Position numbers and translations under genes: made by a program
Shown here: positions 60,503 through 64,000 of the stretch, in pieces
Layout of the letters: each line of letters starts with the position of its first letter
Numbering within the stretch: position 1 is the first letter of the stretch
Notes under the pieces: model-generated
Databases searched by the model: none
What the model saw: only the letters and a program-made list of their open reading frames with translations
What the model was told of the DNA's origin: nothing
Assembly (NCBI GenBank): GCA_037381915.1
Contig: JARRQJ010000003.1
Coordinates: 3,917-67,916, forward strand
Source of the DNA: Gammaproteobacteria bacterium
GTDB taxonomy: Bacteria > Pseudomonadota > Gammaproteobacteria > DRLM01
Direction: 5' to 3'
Length of the DNA stretch: 64,000 nucleotides

Positions 60503-61816
60503 ATGGCCAACGCCACCACTACCGCCGTCAATGCCCTCAACCGCTTTTTCATCCGCCAATACCCGGGCGAAGTCGCCGCGTGGTTGAGCGATCTGTCGCC
60601 CAAAGAGGCGGTCAGCGCCGTTGTCCGCATCCCGGCCAATATGATCGCGGCGGTCTGGGAGAAATTGCCCGTGCATGTCGCCCGTTCCCTGCTCGGCAAC
60701 CTGTCTTTGGAGCAAGCCCGCGGCATCTTGATGCGCGTCGACCCTTCTCATGCCGCCTTAGTCCTGCGCAGTCTGGAGCCGGAGCTACGCGAACGGTACC
60801 TGGGAGGACTCGAACCTCTGCTGGCCAAGGAACTGCTACGGCTGATGAACTATCCGCTGGACAGCGCCGGGGCGTTGATGGATCCCGCGATTGTCGCGTT
60901 TAAGGGCGACGCGGTGGCCCAGCAAACCCTGAAGCAATTGCGGCGCCATCGCGGCCATGTCGGCCGCCATATCTTCATCGTCGATGAACAAGGCGCCCTC
61001 GAAGGGTTAGTCGATATCCAGGATCTGGCCCTCGCCGGCGGCAAAACGCGGCTGAGCGCGCTCGCCTGGCCGGCGAAAATCATGGTGGACGTAATGACCA
61101 GCCGGGAAGAAATCGCCGCCATCCTGGAAACCCATAAGATCAGCGAACTGCCGGTCATTGACGCCCGCGGCTGTCTGGCCGGCATCATCCGTTACGACGC
61201 CCTGATCAGCGCAGTGCAGAATGAGACCAGTGTGGATATTCAGACCATGGTCGGCGCCAGCAAGGACGAGCGCGCCCTGTCACCCATCCCCTTCGCGGTG
61301 CGCAAGCGCCTCCCCTGGCTGCAGATCAACCTGGCTACCGCTTTTCTCGCCTCGGCGGTGGTCGGCCTCTTCGAAGGCACCATCGCCCACTTCACGGCCC
61401 TGGCGGTGTTATCACCCATCGTCGCCGGCCAGGCGGGCAACACCGGACAGCAGGCATTGGCGGTGACCATGCGCGGCCTTTCCCTGCGCGAGATCAGCGC
61501 ACACCATTGGTGGCGGATGCTTTATAAAGAGATGAGCACGGGCTTAATCAACGGCATCGCCATCGCCCTGACTACCGCCTTCTTTGTCTATTTGTGGTCG
61601 CAGTCGTTAAGCATGGCGACGGTCATCGCCGTCGCCATGGTGCTGTCCATGGTGGCGGCGGGGTTCGCCGGCGCCATCATCCCCTTGATCCTGACCGTTC
61701 TCGATCAGGATCCAGCGCAGGCGTCCTCTATTATCCTTACCACCATCACCGATTGCACCGGTTTTGGAACGTTTCTCGGCATCGCCACGCTGGCGGCGGC
61801 CGCGGGGCTGCTTTGA
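60503..61816 (+). CDS. mgtE: magnesium transporter MgtE (full length)
   Basis: 437 aa. N-domain, two CBS (..HIFIVDEQGALEGLVDIQDL..; ..ELPVIDARGCLAGIIRYDAL..), a connecting helix, and five TM segments including ...SPIVAGQAGNTGQQALAVTMRGL... and ...ILTTITDCTGFGTFLG. Confidence 0.93.
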   Translation: MANATTTAVNALNRFFIRQYPGEVAAWLSDLSPKEAVSAVVRIPANMIAAVWEKLPVHVARSLLGNLSLEQARGILMRVDPSHAALVLRSLEPELRERYLGGLEPLLAKELLRLMNYPLDSAGALMDPAIVAFKGDAVAQQTLKQLRRHRGHVGRHIFIVDEQGALEGLVDIQDLALAGGKTRLSALAWPAKIMVDVMTSREEIAAILETHKISELPVIDARGCLAGIIRYDALISAVQNETSVDIQTMVGASKDERALSPIPFAVRKRLPWLQINLATAFLASAVVGLFEGTIAHFTALAVLSPIVAGQAGNTGQQALAVTMRGLSLREISAHHWWRMLYKEMSTGLINGIAIALTTAFFVYLWSQSLSMATVIAVAMVLSMVAAGFAGAIIPLILTVLDQDPAQASSIILTTITDCTGFGTFLGIATLAAAAGLL

Positions 61817-61838
61817 CTCGGGCTGATTTATCAAAGAG

Positions 61839-61867
61839 GCTCTGAATGTTAATTTGTCATTCAGAGC
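61839..61867 (+). terminator. hairpin 23 nt downstream of the mgtE stop
   Basis: Perfect 10-bp stem GCTCTGAATG / CATTCAGAGC with a 9-nt loop. There is no clear U-tract, so it is terminator-like only. Confidence 0.45.
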
Positions 61868-62400
61868 GCAGGGCTGGACGACGCAGCGGCCAGCCATCGC
61901 CAGGCTCTCAGGGTCAATCCCACGCTTGTGGGCATGCATATTAGTTAAGGCAATGCATTGTGGTCGCTCGGGAATCCAAGGAAAGCGATAGCAAGTTATC
62001 GAGAGGCGGTTAAGATGAATCCGGACTCCACCGGAGCGCATATCAATCTGCGTAACGTGTTCCTGGGGGCTCAAAAGGCCGGATCAGTCGCTTGCCAGCT
62101 TCCAACAGGCGCTGAAGCTAGATCCAGACAACGCACACAGCTGCCTGGGCAAGGAACCAGTCCTTTCATGAATATCGATTGTGACCTCTACAGCATAAGC
62201 AAGACCGTTCTCGATTCACTGGCTCCGTCAATCGTTCCCGGCACTGTCATCGTGTTCGATGAATACGTTGGAAATGAGCATTGGCGCGAGGATGTGTCCA
62301 GGACGTTTCAGGAGGCCGTCCGTACCATGGCTGGACCGGTGAATACCTGACGTTCAGCTTGTTCACCAAGCAGGTCGGAATCCGACTACTCCAGTGCATC
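61868..62400 (+). pseudogene. decayed TPR-repeat / class I SAM-methyltransferase (TylF-like) gene fragment
   Basis: One frame reads ...AASHRQALRVNPTLVGMHIS*GNALWSLGNPRKAIASYREAVKMNPDSTGAHINLRNVF (TPR units with an in-frame TAA at 61949-61951). After a shift it reads FQQALKLDPDNAHSCLGK, then MNIDCDLYSISKTVLDSLAPSIVPGTVIVFDEYVGNEHWRE..FQEAV, and after another shift GWTGEYLTFSLFTKQVGIRLL. There is no intact start or continuous frame. Confidence 0.6.
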
Positions 62401-62442
62401 GCGTTCAGGAATCCCTTCATCCGATTTCAGTCGAACAGGCCG

Positions 62443-63216
62443 CTAGTGGTGCGCTATCTGGTTCTTCAGCCGCCACTCGATGAGCTGTTCGCGGATCTGG
62501 CCGATGGCATGGCGGGTCAGGACACTGCGACGGGCGTCACGCACCTCGCCGCTGAGCGCCTCCGCCAACTGACGCGCCTTGGCCAGCATGGTGTCGAAGG
62601 TGACGATGTCGTCATCTTCGCCCGCGGGAACCATGAACAGCGACAGACCCGCTGTCTTCATATCGTCCAGATGCTCCAGGTCGAAGCTGCCGGGCTTGAT
62701 CATATTGGCCAGACTGAACAACGGCGGTGCATCCCCGTGCGCCGGCGAGTAATAGTGGAAGATTTGCCATTCCCCGTATTCAAACCCGCTGTTCTCCAGG
62801 GCATAGCGTATAGCCTGGCCGGAAAAGCCGTGGCCTTCACCGGCCATCACATTCAACGCCACCACCTGATGGGGGTCCGCCGCCACCCGCGGCGGACGGC
62901 GCCTGCCGACGCCCGGCCGGGAGGCGGCCGCCGCGTCATGGCCATCGCCGGGAGACGGTGCCGTCTGCGGTTCGGCCGGCCCGGCCACGATCCTGCCCAC
63001 GCTTGCCAGCGCCCCATCCGAAACCTCGGAGAGTTTGGCATCCACCGCGAACAAAGGATCGAATTCCTCTTCCTCGATCCGATGATTACCGCCGGCAGGT
63101 GTTGCGATTGTCGGGATTGCCGAAGTACTGCGCCGCCGCAGCCCCCAGCGCAGCATCAGCACTACAGCGATGATCACCGCCCCGACTACAATCAATATCA
63201 CACTGACCGATTCCAT
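62443..63216 (-). CDS. zipA: cell division protein ZipA
   Basis: N-terminal TM (VILIVVGAVIIAVVLML), a charged and Pro-rich linker, and a C-terminal FtsZ-binding domain (...VVALNVMA..G..F.G......L...GF.YGE..IFH......G..LFSLANM.KPG.FD...). It is adjacent to smc. Confidence 0.9.
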   Translation of the reverse strand: MESVSVILIVVGAVIIAVVLMLRWGLRRRSTSAIPTIATPAGGNHRIEEEEFDPLFAVDAKLSEVSDGALASVGRIVAGPAEPQTAPSPGDGHDAAAASRPGVGRRRPPRVAADPHQVVALNVMAGEGHGFSGQAIRYALENSGFEYGEWQIFHYYSPAHGDAPPLFSLANMIKPGSFDLEHLDDMKTAGLSLFMVPAGEDDDIVTFDTMLAKARQLAEALSGEVRDARRSVLTRHAIGQIREQLIEWRLKNQIAHH

Positions 63217-63314
63217 GGATCAACCTTCACTTCGATTTAGTTAGTCCCGATCTTGAGACCGGCGGCCCGCGCAAAAGAGCAGCCGGCAGACGCGCAGCAC
63301 GCCTTCGTCGTCAT

Positions 63315-64000
63315 TCACGATGCCGCCGCCATCGCCATCTGCACCGCCTCGTCGATGTCCACCGATACCAGGCGCGATACGCCGGGCTCGTGCATGGTAA
63401 CGCCGACCAACTGCTCGGCGATCTCCATTGTACCCTTGTTGTGCGTGATATAGATAAATTGCACCCGTTCCGACATGTCTTGCAGCAAACGGGAAAAGCG
63501 CCCGACGTTGGCGTCGTCCAGCGGCGCGTCGACCTCGTCGAGAATACAGAACGGCGCCGGATTCAATTCGAAAATGGAAAACACCAGGGCCACCGCCGTC
63601 AGCGCCTTCTCGCCGCCGGACAACAGATGGATGGTACTGTTGCGCTTGCCGGGGGGGCGGGCCATGATGGTCACGCCGGTATCCAGGATGTCTTCGCCGG
63701 TGAGTTCCAGGTAGGCGTGGCCACCGCCGAACAAACGGGGGAACATGGCCTGCAATCCGGCGTTGACCTTGTCAAAGGTCTCCTGGAAACGTTCCTTGGT
63801 CTCGCGGTCGATTTTGCGAATGGCGTTTTCGAGGGTGGTAAGCGCCTCGGTGAGATCGGCGTGCTGCGCATCCAGATAGGTTTTGCGCTCCGATTGCTCG
63901 GTGAACTCCTCGATGGCCGCGAGGTTGATCGCACCCAAACGCTGTATTTGCGCGGCCAGACGCTCCGCCTGGCTTTGCCACTCGGCTTCCGTGGCCCCTT
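63315..64000 (-). CDS. smc: chromosome segregation protein SMC, C-terminal part (5' end beyond the window)
   Basis: ...[13 protein letters not shown]..., signature [18 protein letters not shown], and Walker [17 protein letters not shown]. The frame stays open to base 64000, so the M at 63938 in the ORF track is an internal TTG (Leu). Confidence 0.93.
   Translation of the reverse strand, partial: GATEAEWQSQAERLAAQIQRLGAINLAAIEEFTEQSERKTYLDAQHADLTEALTTLENAIRKIDRETKERFQETFDKVNAGLQAMFPRLFGGGHAYLELTGEDILDTGVTIMARPPGKRNSTIHLLSGGEKALTAVALVFSIFELNPAPFCILDEVDAPLDDANVGRFSRLLQDMSERVQFIYITHNKGTMEIAEQLVGVTMHEPGVSRLVSVDIDEAVQMAMAAAS

Noticed and set aside
63936-63938. The apparent smc start codon in the ORF track (M at 63938).
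   Set aside because: It is an internal TTG. The same frame remains open to the window edge and continues to read as SMC sequence (..[22 protein letters not shown]).

Overview
This is a high-GC, densely coding chromosomal window that looks gammaproteobacterial. All calls come from reading the ORF translations and the raw sequence by eye; no database search was possible. Most of the roughly 50 protein genes are housekeeping loci in familiar blocks. These are a PHP-domain gene (cut by the left edge and absent from the ORF track) with yciB, yciI-like, bolA and ppiC; ligA; mutL-amiB-tsaE-nnr with queG, orn and rsgA; recR-ybaB-dnaX with the SRP (4.5S) RNA gene just upstream; ggt; marR-emrAB; ppk2; yeiH with a LysR regulator; putA; an mgtE operon; and zipA-smc (smc cut by the right edge). 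The RNA genes are ffs (minus strand, about 27703-27820) and tRNA-Ser(GGA) (minus strand, 50227-50317). The one clearly accessory segment is an ~8.4 kb island (41856-50249) bounded by a perfect 26-bp direct repeat that duplicates the 3' end of tRNA-Ser. It carries a higBA-type toxin-antitoxin pair and a translationally coupled four-gene SMC-like/Toprim operon with the Wadjet JetABCD (MksBEFG-like) architecture, but no integrase. That operon is the best candidate for a system of interest, although the subtype cannot be assigned from sequence reading alone. Secondary oddities:
- A 1056-aa STAND ATPase-TPR protein has a C-terminal SARP (wHTH+BTAD) module and sits upstream of a cytochrome c with a His/Asp-rich tail.
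- A 1.1 kb ORF-poor spacer contains a perfect 16-bp AT-only tandem repeat.
- An operon encodes an MscS-like protein, a soluble MgtE sensor-domain paralogue and full-length MgtE.
- An 899-aa FG-GAP lipoprotein lies next to a LuxR and hybrid-kinase pair.
- A decayed TPR-methyltransferase pseudogene lies next to zipA.
- The common smc-zipA-ligA synteny is broken.
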